Source: Ruminiclostridium sp. (GTDB lineage Bacteria; Bacillota; Clostridia; Oscillospirales; Ruminococcaceae). From it: 64,000 bases of DNA. Both the position numbers and the translations under genes were made by a program. A model generated the notes under the pieces. It saw only the letters and a program-made list of their open reading frames with translations. It was not told the origin of the DNA and did not search any database. Shown here piece by piece: positions 45,307 through 56,028 of this stretch; the first letter of the stretch is position 1, and every line of letters begins with the position of its first letter. The stretch lies in assembly GCA_045533495.1 (NCBI GenBank), contig JAZSHW010000132.1:1453-65452 (forward strand), in the 5' to 3' direction.

Positions 45307-47589
45307 TTATTTTCCCAACCTCATCGCAATTACCGATATATCATCATTCATTTTATTTCCGCTGTAGAACTTTGCGGTTTCTGCCACATTCTTTACAAGC
45401 TCCTTTAATTCGGTATCAGACTTTGACATCTCTCTGAAAAGCCATTTATCATTAAGCTCAGCTCCGTCGCTGGTCATTATTATCATATCCTTTTGCGATA
45501 GTGTGAAGCTTTGTTTTTCATAGCTTGGCTGATCGTTTATTCCTATCGGCAGTCCCTTGCAGGAAAGCTTACTGTTTACATTTCCGCACTTTATATAGGT
45601 GCTTGCTCCTCCTGCTTTGTAAATAGTCACCTTGCCGCTGTAAAGATCCACCTTGCAAAGCTCTAAGGTCGCAAAACTCTCATCAGCACTTTTAAGCATC
45701 ACTGACGCATTCACTATTTCAATTGCAGATTCTTCTCCTGTGCCTGCTGATAAGAGTTTTATAAGCATATCGCAGACAAAGACAGAATCTATCCTCGCCC
45801 TTGCTCCGCTTCCCATTCCGTCTGAAAGCACTATATAGGCGTTACCCTTGTTATCAATAAAGCTGTCATAATAGTCGCCGCAGGGGGCATCCTCGTTCTT
45901 GCTTATCTGATAGATTTCCACATCAAGATAATAGGTAGTTTTTGTAAACATACTGAGCTTGTAGCTGTCCCCTACCCTTGCAACTACGGGCAGGTCAAAC
46001 TTTTTATGAAAAGCAAGGGACATAGCTCCCGCCATATCCTGCTTTGACGTGCCAAAGGCCTTATCCGAATAGGCTTCAAGAAACATCCTGCCGTTATCAC
46101 CGACTTTGACATTCACCGCTCTTGCCCCTTCGCATCCAAGACCTTTTAACGCTCCCTTTGCGATACGGTTATATTCGCTTTTTATATCCTCATCCGAGGT
46201 GGTTTCTTCTGATAATCTTGTAAGTAATTTTTCTGTAGCTGATAACTGGGCGGTCAGCACATTTCTCATCTGTGCAATTCTTCTTTTATGGGAAAGAGAT
46301 GAAACAAAGGAATTATAAAGCCTTGTCATTTCCTCGCACAGCTCTGCTTTTTTACCGCATCTGTCGCTTATAGGAGCTTTAAACATATCTTCGCTTATAG
46401 TTTCGCCGTTTTTCAATTTTTTAGTAAGGTCGGCAAATTGCTTTACACTGTCGCCGTATTCGTTACCCCAGCATTGCATATTGTATCTGCACTTGCGACA
46501 AAGCTTATCACAGGCGGTGTTATAAACAAAGCTGATATCCCTTTTACTGTCGCTTTCAAGCTTTTCAGCAGTCATATCTATGGTGTTCCTGACCTCGTTT
46601 ATAGCACTTTTCGCAAAGAGCAGACGATGTCCGAAAAGCTCTTTTATATTGTTATCGCTGTTATCACGGCTGTATATTTTTTCGCTGCAGATAAGCATTT
46701 TTTCAGGCACTGTCATAAAAAGAGCACAACCCATGAATATATTTGCCACAAGAGCAATATTACTGTTATCCATAGTAAAAAGTATCGTGCAAAGAGTTGA
46801 AGTAAGTAAAAGCACTGATACGGCATTTATTTTTCTGCCATCCTTTATGAGTCCCGTTACTGCCGCCGAAACCGATAGCACCGCCGCTAAATGTGGATAA
46901 CCACCTGCACCCATAAATACACCGATTGCGGTTATACTTCCTGCTATCGCTCCTGCACCGCTGCCGTATCTGAGAGCTACAAAGCAGGATGATGCAACAG
47001 AAAAAATGATGCCGAAATTAAAGATATTTATACTGTAGGCTGACAGTATGCTTATCGCAATAACTCCGCCTGTCATAACTGATAACAATCCTACAGGGTT
47101 ATTCTTTATAGTGACCTCAGACAGCTCCTTTGCTTTCCATAGCTTTTTAAGGTGCATAAAGACGGGTGTTGCTCCACCTGATAACAGTCCTAAGGCAAAG
47201 CAACTCATAAACTCGCTGACACTACCTGAGGTTACGGCGTTTGCGGTAAACACCGCACCTGCACAGGTTATCGCCATAACTATACCTTCACTTCTGCCGC
47301 TTTCCTTTTTAAGCATCAGCCTTACCGCCATTACCGATAAAAGCGAAGAACAGATTATAACTGCATTGCCGTAATCTCCGCTTAAAAAAAAGCCTATCAC
47401 ACTGCCTACAAAGGCTGACACAGAATGTATACCTGTAAGAGTCGCCACAAAGGAGGCTGAAAAGGGTGATGGTCTGCCAAGTATGGTACTCATTGAAATG
47501 ACCGCAGACGCTATTATAACTATAGCGTTTGTTATCGCCAAATAACCGCTTACGCTGATTTTTCGTTTTCCTGCCGCATATTTTTGCAT
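45307..47589 (-). CDS. spoIIE: Stage II sporulation protein E (PP2C phosphatase with polytopic N-terminus)
   Basis: 760 aa with about 10 N-terminal TM segments, a central regulatory region and a C-terminal PP2C domain (LSDGMGSG...MTSDG). Confidence 0.9.
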   Translation of the reverse strand: MQKYAAGKRKISVSGYLAITNAIVIIASAVISMSTILGRPSPFSASFVATLTGIHSVSAFVGSVIGFFLSGDYGNAVIICSSLLSVMAVRLMLKKESGRSEGIVMAITCAGAVFTANAVTSGSVSEFMSCFALGLLSGGATPVFMHLKKLWKAKELSEVTIKNNPVGLLSVMTGGVIAISILSAYSINIFNFGIIFSVASSCFVALRYGSGAGAIAGSITAIGVFMGAGGYPHLAAVLSVSAAVTGLIKDGRKINAVSVLLLTSTLCTILFTMDNSNIALVANIFMGCALFMTVPEKMLICSEKIYSRDNSDNNIKELFGHRLLFAKSAINEVRNTIDMTAEKLESDSKRDISFVYNTACDKLCRKCRYNMQCWGNEYGDSVKQFADLTKKLKNGETISEDMFKAPISDRCGKKAELCEEMTRLYNSFVSSLSHKRRIAQMRNVLTAQLSATEKLLTRLSEETTSDEDIKSEYNRIAKGALKGLGCEGARAVNVKVGDNGRMFLEAYSDKAFGTSKQDMAGAMSLAFHKKFDLPVVARVGDSYKLSMFTKTTYYLDVEIYQISKNEDAPCGDYYDSFIDNKGNAYIVLSDGMGSGARARIDSVFVCDMLIKLLSAGTGEESAIEIVNASVMLKSADESFATLELCKVDLYSGKVTIYKAGGASTYIKCGNVNSKLSCKGLPIGINDQPSYEKQSFTLSQKDMIIMTSDGAELNDKWLFREMSKSDTELKELVKNVAETAKFYSGNKMNDDISVIAMRLGK

Positions 47590-47610
47590 TTTTAACCTTT
47601 CCTTTCAACA

Positions 47611-47682
47611 TAAAAAGACACAAGCGGTCAGTGAGCGTTTTAGCCGCCATCAAAGGCGGCTCGCCTTTTAACCGTTTGTGTC
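47611..47682 (-). other. Branched hairpin plus U-run between the candidate spoIIE promoter and the spoIIE RBS
   Basis: 12-bp outer stem (47617-47628 / 47671-47682) enclosing the perfect hairpin agccgcc-atcaaa-ggcggct, with a U5 run on the minus strand. Confidence 0.5.
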
Positions 47683-47684
47683 CT

Positions 47685-47747
47685 ATTCTACACTATCTGT
47701 TGTGTGAATTTTGTCAAAAGAAAGAAGCGGAAAAACCGATTTCGTCA
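47685..47747 (-). promoter_or_regulatory. Candidate Spo0A-dependent sigma-A promoter of spoIIE
   Basis: Minus strand reads TGACGAA (0A-box-like, 47747-47741), TTGACA (47717-47712), 21-nt spacer, TAGAAT (47690-47685). Confidence 0.4.
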
Positions 47748-48608
47748 TCAGCCTTTAAGTTTTTCTATAATACGATAAAGAGATACAAAATCATCCATAG
47801 AAAGCTCTTCTGCTCTTGTGGTAGGCTTTAAACCTGCCTGTTCCATCTGTGCCGAAAGCTCCGCCTTAGGAATTTTAAAATATGATGACAGGGGATTTAT
47901 AAGCTGCTTTCTTCTCTGAGAAAAGCTCTGCTTTATAACTTCAAAGAACAGCTTTTCATCATCTGCTTTATAGGGTGGCTCTTCGTGTATCCTTATGCTT
48001 ATTACTGCACTGTCAACATTGGGGGCCGGCATAAAGGAGCCTCTGTTTACTCTGAAAAGCTTTTCGGGCTTTGCATAATAGTTTACTGCCGCCGTGATAG
48101 CACCGCATTCACGACTGCCAACCTTTGCACATATTCTGTCAGCCGCTTCAAGCTGTACCATAACTGTCACAGCCTTTATCGGCAGCTTTTCTTCAAGCAG
48201 CTTCATAATAACGGGTGAGGTTATATAATAGGGCAGATTTGCACAGACGATAACCTCCATACCGGGAAATTTCTCTGCAATAAGGGCATTGAGATCTGTT
48301 TCCAGCACATCCGCAAAGACTACCTCTACGTTATCGTAATCAGCAAGGGTTTCTTCAAGAATAGGCTTTAAGGATGTGTCAATTTCTACCGCAACCACCT
48401 TTTTGCATCTTTCAGCAAGCTCTCTTGTGAGTACGCCTATACCTGTGCCTATTTCTATCGCACCGACCTCTTTACCTGCACCGCCCATTTCCGCAATTTT
48501 AGGGCAGACGGATGGGTTTATAAGAAAGTTCTGTCCTAAGGATTTTGTAAAGGAAAAGCCGTGTTTTTCAAATAAATTTTTTATTGTTCCTATATCAGTT
48601 AATTTCAT
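47748..48608 (-). CDS. rsmA: 16S rRNA (adenine1518/1519-N6)-dimethyltransferase
   Basis: 286 aa with KSLGQNFL and the SAM motif EIGTGIG. Confidence 0.95.
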   Translation of the reverse strand: MKLTDIGTIKNLFEKHGFSFTKSLGQNFLINPSVCPKIAEMGGAGKEVGAIEIGTGIGVLTRELAERCKKVVAVEIDTSLKPILEETLADYDNVEVVFADVLETDLNALIAEKFPGMEVIVCANLPYYITSPVIMKLLEEKLPIKAVTVMVQLEAADRICAKVGSRECGAITAAVNYYAKPEKLFRVNRGSFMPAPNVDSAVISIRIHEEPPYKADDEKLFFEVIKQSFSQRRKQLINPLSSYFKIPKAELSAQMEQAGLKPTTRAEELSMDDFVSLYRIIEKLKG

Positions 48609-48611
48609 TTA

Positions 48612-49997
48612 TTATTCCTTTTTTTCTTCCGCTTTTGAAATAGCTTCTATTACGCTGAAAGCCTGCTTTATGTTAGCCGCACCGTAGATGCTGATACCAT
48701 AATTTTCGCTCTTATCAAGATCCTTTAAAGAGGATTTCGGCACTATGCACTTTTCAAAGCCCATTCTTGCCGCTTCTCTCACCCTTTGTCTTATATGGGA
48801 TACCGCTCTTATCTCACCGCCAAGACCCAACTCTCCGAATACTGCCACATCGTCGCCGATATCCTTATCCTGCAGTCCCGAATATAAGGCAAGTGCTATC
48901 GCAAGGTCGCTTGCAGGCTCGTCAATTTTAAGTCCGCCGATGATATTTATATACACATCGTATGCCCCGAATAAAAGTCCTGCTCTTTTTTCAAGTACCG
49001 CTAACAGTACGCAGAGTCTGTTATAATCAAAGCCTGCGGAAACTCTTCGTGGTGCTGAAAATCCAGTCTTGCTGACAAGTGCCTGAACCTCTGCTAAAAT
49101 AGGACGACTGCCCTCCATCGTACAAAGGACTGTAATTCCGCTGACGCCTGCAGGTCTGCCTGATAGAAGCATTGCCGAAGGGTTTTCTACTTCGAAAAGT
49201 CCCTTGTCACGCATTTCAAATACGCCTATTTCGTTGGTAGAACCGAAACGGTTCTTGACAGCTCTTAATATGCGATAACTGAGCTGTTTGTCGCCCTCAA
49301 AATAAAGAACTGTATCTACTATATGCTCCAGCACCTTAGGGCCTGCAATACCACCGTCCTTATTGACGTGACCTACTAAAAATACCGATATATCAAGGCT
49401 CTTTGCCATCTGCATAAAGGCGTTTGTACATTCTCTTACCTGAACCAGACTGCCCGGAACTGACTGTATCTCCGACATCTGCATTGTCTGTATGGAATCT
49501 ATAATAACCACGTCAGGCTTTTCTGCCCTTACGCTCTCTATTATCGTATCACAGTCGGTACAGGCACTGATATAAAGCCCCTGGGCCGAAACTCCCAGTC
49601 TGTCGGCTCTGAGCTTAATCTGTCTTTCGCTTTCCTCACCTGAGATATAAAGCACCTTTTTATCATCGGCAAGCGAGCTGCAAATCTGTAGTAAAAGGGT
49701 AGATTTACCAATACCGGGGTCACCGCTGAGCAGTACCAGAGAGCCTTTTACAAGACCGCCGCCCAGCACTCTGTCAAGCTCTCCCATACCTGTGGGATAT
49801 CTTGTTTCGTCCTTGAAGCTCATAGAATTTATACTGCTGAGCTTTAAGCTGCCCGCCTTTACGACAGTACCGCTTTGCTTTACAACCACCTCTTCTTCGA
49901 GGGTATTCCACGCTCCGCAGGCGTTACATCGGCCTGCCCATTTGGGATACTGCTGTCCACATTCATTACAGATATATACAGTTTTCGCCTTTGCCAT
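48612..49997 (-). CDS. radA: DNA repair protein RadA/Sms
   Basis: 461 aa with zinc finger CNECG...CNACG, Walker A GDPGIGKST, KNRFG and a Lon-like C-terminus. Confidence 0.95.
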   Translation of the reverse strand: MAKAKTVYICNECGQQYPKWAGRCNACGAWNTLEEEVVVKQSGTVVKAGSLKLSSINSMSFKDETRYPTGMGELDRVLGGGLVKGSLVLLSGDPGIGKSTLLLQICSSLADDKKVLYISGEESERQIKLRADRLGVSAQGLYISACTDCDTIIESVRAEKPDVVIIDSIQTMQMSEIQSVPGSLVQVRECTNAFMQMAKSLDISVFLVGHVNKDGGIAGPKVLEHIVDTVLYFEGDKQLSYRILRAVKNRFGSTNEIGVFEMRDKGLFEVENPSAMLLSGRPAGVSGITVLCTMEGSRPILAEVQALVSKTGFSAPRRVSAGFDYNRLCVLLAVLEKRAGLLFGAYDVYINIIGGLKIDEPASDLAIALALYSGLQDKDIGDDVAVFGELGLGGEIRAVSHIRQRVREAARMGFEKCIVPKSSLKDLDKSENYGISIYGAANIKQAFSVIEAISKAEEKKE

Positions 49998-50012
49998 TTT
50001 TATCAGTCCTTT

Positions 50013-50819
50013 TTATTTAAGTGTGTCGTATATTTTAAGAGAATTATCGTAATTCATTACACCGATATTATCGCCATTATCATTTTCCGTTCTTCCGTTT
50101 ATCGTCTGAAGATATCTTATAATGCCGTTGTACACCATAAATGCTACCTTGTGCTGATATTCCTCACTGCTTAAATTTGCGGCGTCCTGCTCATTGGATA
50201 AAAATCCACATTCAATAAGCACCGCAGGAGTCATTGTATCCTTGAAAAGATAAAGCTCATCTCCTGACAGCTTTATTTCTCTGTTGTTATTCGGTTGTAT
50301 CACCTTGAAATTATCCTGCATTATCTGTGCCAAAAGCATATTGTCGGGGTTATTTTCGTTATAGAATATCTGTGCTCCAAAGTACTCGGAATCGGTAAAT
50401 TTATTCTGATGAATAGACAGAAAAATACTGTCCTTATAGCTTTTGATTATCTCAAGACGGTTTTCCATATCCGATATCTTCTGATTTCTTATCCCCGTTA
50501 CTCCGCTGTCGTGGATAGATTTATCCGCATTTCTTGTAAGCACCACGTTAAAGCCCGAAATGGTCAGCATATCCCTTAAATCTCTTACGATTTCAAGATT
50601 TATATTCTTTTCAAGCTCTCCGTTTATGCCGACAGCACCGCTGTCAAGTCCTCCGTGACCCGCATCAAGCACGATGGTCTTTTTTTCGGTTACCCTGCCG
50701 CCTGAAGTTCTTACTGAAAGCTGGGAAAAATCTGCACTCACGGCTATTACTGTAAAGCAGCCAAGCAGTAAAAGTACGGCAGGAATACGGCTTTTAAGCT
50801 TTTTTATGTACTTGTTCAT
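50013..50819 (-). CDS. cwlD: N-acetylmuramoyl-L-alanine amidase, CwlD-like (germination-specific)
   Basis: Amidase_3 motifs (VLDAGHGGLDSGAVG, SIHQN). ATG 50819 with RBS gaaagga. The longer ORF adds an implausible extension. Confidence 0.82.
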   Translation of the reverse strand: MNKYIKKLKSRIPAVLLLLGCFTVIAVSADFSQLSVRTSGGRVTEKKTIVLDAGHGGLDSGAVGINGELEKNINLEIVRDLRDMLTISGFNVVLTRNADKSIHDSGVTGIRNQKISDMENRLEIIKSYKDSIFLSIHQNKFTDSEYFGAQIFYNENNPDNMLLAQIMQDNFKVIQPNNNREIKLSGDELYLFKDTMTPAVLIECGFLSNEQDAANLSSEEYQHKVAFMVYNGIIRYLQTINGRTENDNGDNIGVMNYDNSLKIYDTLK

Positions 50820-50964
50820 AACATTTGTCCTTTCGGTTTTTGTACAATATATGAAACAAGCAGTCGTATTATGCACCCATCTGACAGAATAAGTATAGCA
50901 TATTTGACACCATTTAGCAAGCACACTTTCTGTAGTGCCAAACGGTAAAAAACAACAATTCTCC

Positions 50965-50993
50965 TTGACAAATACTTATAATCGGTATATAAT
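50965..50993 (+). promoter_or_regulatory. Consensus sigma-A promoter upstream of the rfb / glycopolymer operon
   Basis: Exact TTGACA (50965-50970), 17-nt spacer, exact TATAAT (50988-50993). Leaves a leader of about 195 nt before rfbA. Confidence 0.6.
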
Positions 50994-51192
50994 TAATATT
51001 GTGTGTGGATTTCTCGGTCTTTTTGACGAAAAATGAAATTCCATACATGCAATATCAGACTATCTGACATCAGATATCAAATACCATCTGTCCGGCTTAT
51101 AATTCCGACATTTGTATTTGTAAAACAATTTGTCGGCTATGTCTGAGCTTTAATTATGCTTTTATCTAATTTTGAAAGAGGTGCAACACTAA

Positions 51193-52071
51193 ATGAAGGG
51201 CATTATATTAGCCGGTGGCAAAGGAACTCGTTTGTATCCCAATACAATAGCTGTTTCAAAGCAATTATTACCAATATACGACAAACCACTTGTTTATTAT
51301 CCTTTATCTGTCTTGCTTTTAGCTGGTATAAAGGATGTTTTATTGATATCAACCCCAGAGGATACTCCCAACTACGAAAAGCTTCTCGGTGACGGAAGCA
51401 GAATAGGTATTAACATACAGTACGCTGTTCAGGATAAGCCAAGAGGTCTCGCTGATGCTTTTATACTCGGTGCAGACTTTATCGGTAATGACAGCGTTTG
51501 TCTTGTTCTTGGAGATAACGTTTTCTACGGAAAAGGCTTCAGTGCTATTCTTAAAAACGCACAGGAAACTATCGCTAACGGTGGTGCGGCAGTATTCGGC
51601 TATCCTGTAAAGAATCCGAAGGAATTCGGTGTTGTAGAGTTTGATGAAAATCACAAGGTTATCTCTATAGAAGAAAAACCTGACAAGCCCAAATCGAACT
51701 ACGCTGTTCCCGGTTTATACTTCTATGACAATCAGGTTGTAGATATTGCCAAAAATGTAAAGCCCTCCGCTCGCGGAGAAATTGAAATAACTTCTATCAA
51801 TAATTACTATCTTGAACAGGGAAATCTTAACGTAACCCTTATGGGAAGAGGTATGTCCTGGCTGGATACAGGCTCTCCTAAGGGTATGCACAAAGCAAGC
51901 GGATTTGTAAAGACAGTACAGGAGATGCAGGGCTTTTACATATCCTGTATAGAAGAAATTGCATGGAGAAGAGGCTTTATCTCAACCAAGCAGCTTCATA
52001 AGCTCGGCGAAGAGCTCTCGATGACTGAATACGGAAAATACTTACTTTCATTATCGGAGGAATTACTATGA
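51193..52071 (+). CDS. rfbA: Glucose-1-phosphate thymidylyltransferase
   Basis: 292 aa ([16 protein letters not shown]...) resembling RmlA over the full length. Confidence 0.96.
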   Translation: MKGIILAGGKGTRLYPNTIAVSKQLLPIYDKPLVYYPLSVLLLAGIKDVLLISTPEDTPNYEKLLGDGSRIGINIQYAVQDKPRGLADAFILGADFIGNDSVCLVLGDNVFYGKGFSAILKNAQETIANGGAAVFGYPVKNPKEFGVVEFDENHKVISIEEKPDKPKSNYAVPGLYFYDNQVVDIAKNVKPSARGEIEITSINNYYLEQGNLNVTLMGRGMSWLDTGSPKGMHKASGFVKTVQEMQGFYISCIEEIAWRRGFISTKQLHKLGEELSMTEYGKYLLSLSEELL

Positions 52072-53087
52072 CAATTATCGTAACAGGCGGTGCCGGCTTT
52101 ATCGGCGGTAACTTTGTACACTATATGCTTAAGGCTCATCCTGAATATCGTATTGTATGTCTTGACTGTCTGACTTATGCAGGAAATATGGAAACTCTTG
52201 CTCCTGTAATGGACAACCCCAATTTCCGTTTCTGCAAGGTTGATATCACAGACAGAGAAGCTGTAAACAAGGTGTTTGAGGAAGAACACCCTGATATCGT
52301 AGTAAACTTTGCGGCAGAAAGCCACGTTGACCGCTCCATCGAAAATCCCGGAGTATTCCTTAACACAAATATCATGGGCACACAGGTAATGATGGACGCT
52401 TGCCGTAAATACGGCATACAACGTTATCATCAGGTTTCTACTGATGAGGTTTATGGAGATCTGCCTCTTGACAGACCCGACCTTTTCTTCACAGAAGAAA
52501 CACCTATCCACACATCAAGCCCCTACTCTGCTTCCAAGGCAAGTGCAGATTTACTTGTTCAGGCTTATCACAGAACCTTTGGTCTGCCTGTAACAATTTC
52601 CCGTTGCTCCAACAACTACGGACCGTATCACTTCCCTGAAAAGCTTATCCCCTTAATGATTGCGAACGCCCTTAACGACAAGCCTCTGCCCGTATACGGT
52701 GAGGGCTTGAATGTCCGTGACTGGCTTTATGTAGAGGATCACTGCAGAGCGATTGATCTTATCATTCACAAGGGTACCGTCGGCGAAGTATATAACATCG
52801 GCGGACATAACGAAATGAAGAATATAGACATTGTTAAAATAATCTGCAAGGCTCTTGACAAGCCTGAAAGCCTTATCACTTATGTAGCTGACCGCAAGGG
52901 TCACGATATGCGTTATGCTATTGATCCTACAAAGATCCATAACGAGCTTGGCTGGTTACCCGAAACAAAATTTGCAGACGGTATACAGAAGACAATAGAG
53001 TGGTATCTTAATAACCGTGAATGGTGGGAACACATTATCAACGGAGAATACCAGGAATATTACGAAAGAATGTACAGCAACAGATAA
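52068..53087 (+). CDS. rfbB: dTDP-glucose 4,6-dehydratase
   Basis: 339 aa with [14 protein letters not shown] (YxxxK) and the RmlB pattern. ATGA overlap with rfbA. Confidence 0.96.
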   Translation: MTIIVTGGAGFIGGNFVHYMLKAHPEYRIVCLDCLTYAGNMETLAPVMDNPNFRFCKVDITDREAVNKVFEEEHPDIVVNFAAESHVDRSIENPGVFLNTNIMGTQVMMDACRKYGIQRYHQVSTDEVYGDLPLDRPDLFFTEETPIHTSSPYSASKASADLLVQAYHRTFGLPVTISRCSNNYGPYHFPEKLIPLMIANALNDKPLPVYGEGLNVRDWLYVEDHCRAIDLIIHKGTVGEVYNIGGHNEMKNIDIVKIICKALDKPESLITYVADRKGHDMRYAIDPTKIHNELGWLPETKFADGIQKTIEWYLNNREWWEHIINGEYQEYYERMYSNR

Positions 53088-53162
53088 AATTTGCTAAAAA
53101 ACAGAGAAATAAATTCAAGATAACAAAATTCCTATTGAAACAAAAAAAGGAGAAATCATATA

Positions 53163-54266
53163 ATGAACATCCCATATTGCTCATTTGAAGCCATGCACAA
53201 TGATTTAAACGCACAGCTTCATGAAAGCTTTGACAGAGTTCTTTCAAACAACTACTTCATCACAGGTCCTGAGCTTTCCGCTTTTGAAAAGGAATTTGCT
53301 GAATATTGCGGAGTAAAGCACGCTATCGGCTGCGGTACAGGTCTTGACGCATTATACCTTGTGCTTAAAGCACTCGGCATAGGTGCAGGTGATGAGGTCA
53401 TCGTACCCTCAAACACATTTATTGCTACAGCACTGGCAGTTTCTTATGCAGGCGCAACGCCTGTCTTTGTAGAACCTGATATGCAGTCCTACAACATTGA
53501 TACAAACAGAATAGAAGAAAAGATAAACGAAAAGACAAAGGCAATCATTGCGGTACATCTTTACGGTCGTGCAAGCGATATGGATGTGATCTGCGAGCTT
53601 GCCAAAAAGCATAACCTTTACCTGCTTGAAGACGCTGCTCAGGCACACGGGGCACAGTTTAAGGGTAAACGTGTAGGCGGCTTTGGCATAGCGGCAGGCT
53701 TTAGCTTCTATCCCGGCAAAAACCTCGGCGCTTTAGGCGATGGCGGTGCGATAGTAACAAACGATGACGAGCTTGCCGAAAAGGTAAGAATGCTCCGCAA
53801 CTATGGCTCAAGCCGCAAGTATCATCACGATTATCTTGGTACAAACTCAAGACTTGACGAATTACAGGCTTCTTTCTTAAGGGTAAAGCTTACTCAGCTT
53901 GACAAGTGGAATGTAGAAAGAAACCGTATTGCTGATATTTATATCAAAAAGATAAACAACCCTCTCATCAAGCTGCCATTACCTACAGATAACGACCACT
54001 ATACTGTATGGCACATCTTCCCTGTTCTTTGCGAGCAGAGAGATAAGCTTCAGGCTTATCTTGATGAAAAGGGAATCGGTACACTGTGCCACTACCCTGT
54101 TCCTATGCATCTGCAGAAGGCTTATGCATCTCTTGGTATTGCCGAAGGCGAATTACCTAATGCAGAAAAGATCTCTTCCTGCGAGCTTAGTATTCCGCTT
54201 TATTACGGACTGAGTGATGAGGGAATTGAATATATTGTTGAAGCCTTAAACAGCTTCAAGGGTTAA
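53163..54266 (+). CDS. DegT/DnrJ/EryC1-family sugar aminotransferase (FdtB/QdtB-like)
   Basis: 367 aa, PLP-dependent. [14 protein letters not shown] contains the Schiff-base lysine region. Confidence 0.88.
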   Translation: MNIPYCSFEAMHNDLNAQLHESFDRVLSNNYFITGPELSAFEKEFAEYCGVKHAIGCGTGLDALYLVLKALGIGAGDEVIVPSNTFIATALAVSYAGATPVFVEPDMQSYNIDTNRIEEKINEKTKAIIAVHLYGRASDMDVICELAKKHNLYLLEDAAQAHGAQFKGKRVGGFGIAAGFSFYPGKNLGALGDGGAIVTNDDELAEKVRMLRNYGSSRKYHHDYLGTNSRLDELQASFLRVKLTQLDKWNVERNRIADIYIKKINNPLIKLPLPTDNDHYTVWHIFPVLCEQRDKLQAYLDEKGIGTLCHYPVPMHLQKAYASLGIAEGELPNAEKISSCELSIPLYYGLSDEGIEYIVEALNSFKG

Positions 54267-54280
54267 TCACGGAGGAAAAT

Positions 54281-54712
54281 ATGATACATCAATTATCAGA
54301 TGTCCAAAGCAAAAATATAGGTGAAGGTACAAACATCTGGCAGTTTGTTGTTGTACTCCCGGGTGCTGTTATCGGAAAGGGCTGTAACATCTGTGCACAG
54401 TGCTTTATAGAAAATGACGTAACGGTAGGAGACAATGTTACTGTAAAATGCGGAGTTCAGCTCTGGGATGGTGTAGTTCTGGAGGATAATGTTTTTGTCG
54501 GACCAAACGCTACCTTCTGCAATGATAAATATCCCCACTCCAAAAACAAGGATTTCAATGTCCTTAAGACAGTGGTTAAAGAAGGTGCATCCATCGGTGC
54601 AAATGCCACCATTCTTCCCGGTGTAACTATCGGAAAAAACGCAATGATAGGTGCCGGTGCAATTGTTACAAAGGATGTTCCTGATGGTTTAGTAGTGAAG
54701 GGAGTGTATTAG
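54281..54712 (+). CDS. Left-handed beta-helix N-acetyltransferase (FdtC/QdtC/WxcM C-terminal-like)
   Basis: 143 aa with hexapeptide repeats throughout. Confidence 0.8.
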   Translation: MIHQLSDVQSKNIGEGTNIWQFVVVLPGAVIGKGCNICAQCFIENDVTVGDNVTVKCGVQLWDGVVLEDNVFVGPNATFCNDKYPHSKNKDFNVLKTVVKEGASIGANATILPGVTIGKNAMIGAGAIVTKDVPDGLVVKGVY

Positions 54713-54714
54713 TT

Positions 54715-56028
54715 TTGAAGAAAAAAATTGTTTTTTTCGTTCAAACAAAAAAGCCTATAGGTGGAAGTCAGATACTGTTTCTGGATATGGCAGCATATGT
54801 AGCTGAACATTATGATTGTGAAACATACTATATAAACTACAGACATCCTATCGTCGAAGAACGATATATGGATTCTAAAATAAAATTTTTAGATGTAGAT
54901 GAATGTGATTATTCTCAGTTGGAAGACGCTATCTTCTTTACTCCGATAAACTATATTTTCTATTTGCTCGCTAAGATTTCTAAATATCCTAAAACAAAGA
55001 TATGCACTTATTTTTATCATCCTCATGTATTTTCGTGGTTACAAAACCAGCTGTTTAACAGAAAAAAACCGATGAAGGATCTGCTTGATGTACTTGTTGC
55101 AACAAATTCATGCTGCTTTATGGATAAAAGTAACTATGTTGCAGCACAGAAACTTAAAAAAGGCATATCATTCAAGGAACAGTATTTCCCTGTTTCTCTC
55201 CATGACGAAACTTTTTCTGTACCCACCTTTTCAAACGAACTGATCAAGCCCGGAGAAATTAACATCGGATGGTTAGGCCGTCTTGACAGAGATAAAATAT
55301 ACTCTATCATCAACATGGCTGATAATCTGTTGGCAAACAATTTTGAACAGCATATAAGAATTCATCTTCTGGGCGATGGAAACTCAAGAAATCTCATACG
55401 TCTGAATAAATATGCTCCCAACATCTCTTTTGTCTTTACTTCGTATATGTACGGCGAAGAGCGAGATAAGTACATGCTGGAACATGTGGATTTAGTAATG
55501 GCAATGGGTATTTCCGCAATAGATGCCGCAATATTAGGTATTCCTACAGTAGTTCCGATTGTATCTCCCTCTCCGTTCAGAGATGACAAATTTGTTTACG
55601 TTCATGACGTACTGGGTTATTCACTGGGTTGGGACAGGGAAAACATTAAAGATACTTGTCGTGAATATTATGATATCGAATCTGTAATTAATGATATTTA
55701 CGTCAATAACAAAAAGGGTGAATTAGGAAAAATCGGCTATGAATTCTGTATTGAAAACTTCTCTTTAGATAATGCCGCTAAACTGATTTTAGAATCTATA
55801 GACAGCACAGAACTTACGGTAGCAAAGTGTAAAAGATGTGGTACAATTAAAACATTTATGTCACAATATAATTTATACAAGGCAATCAGACCAAACAGAG
55901 ATTTCTTGTTCTTCCATGAGTTCACGGCACGATATAATGGCATAAATCGCTATAAAGGCCTGAAAAAGTTAAGTTTTATAAAGCAGGAAATCAAAAAAAC
56001 ATTTAAGAAAGACAGGTCAGGTAAATAA
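54715..56028 (+). CDS. Divergent GT-B-like protein, paralog 1 of 3
   Basis: 437 aa, TTG start after RBS aagggag. Paralogous to 56028-57278 and to the N-terminal half of 57343-59928. INIGWLGRLDRDK and MGISAIDAAILGIPTVV resemble GT4 motifs but lack the EX7E glutamates. Confidence 0.55.
   Translation: MKKKIVFFVQTKKPIGGSQILFLDMAAYVAEHYDCETYYINYRHPIVEERYMDSKIKFLDVDECDYSQLEDAIFFTPINYIFYLLAKISKYPKTKICTYFYHPHVFSWLQNQLFNRKKPMKDLLDVLVATNSCCFMDKSNYVAAQKLKKGISFKEQYFPVSLHDETFSVPTFSNELIKPGEINIGWLGRLDRDKIYSIINMADNLLANNFEQHIRIHLLGDGNSRNLIRLNKYAPNISFVFTSYMYGEERDKYMLEHVDLVMAMGISAIDAAILGIPTVVPIVSPSPFRDDKFVYVHDVLGYSLGWDRENIKDTCREYYDIESVINDIYVNNKKGELGKIGYEFCIENFSLDNAAKLILESIDSTELTVAKCKRCGTIKTFMSQYNLYKAIRPNRDFLFFHEFTARYNGINRYKGLKKLSFIKQEIKKTFKKDRSGK

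Noticed and set aside
51996-52511. 171-aa minus-strand ORF antisense to rfbB
   Set aside because: It overlaps the unmistakable dTDP-glucose 4,6-dehydratase gene and has no RBS or motif.
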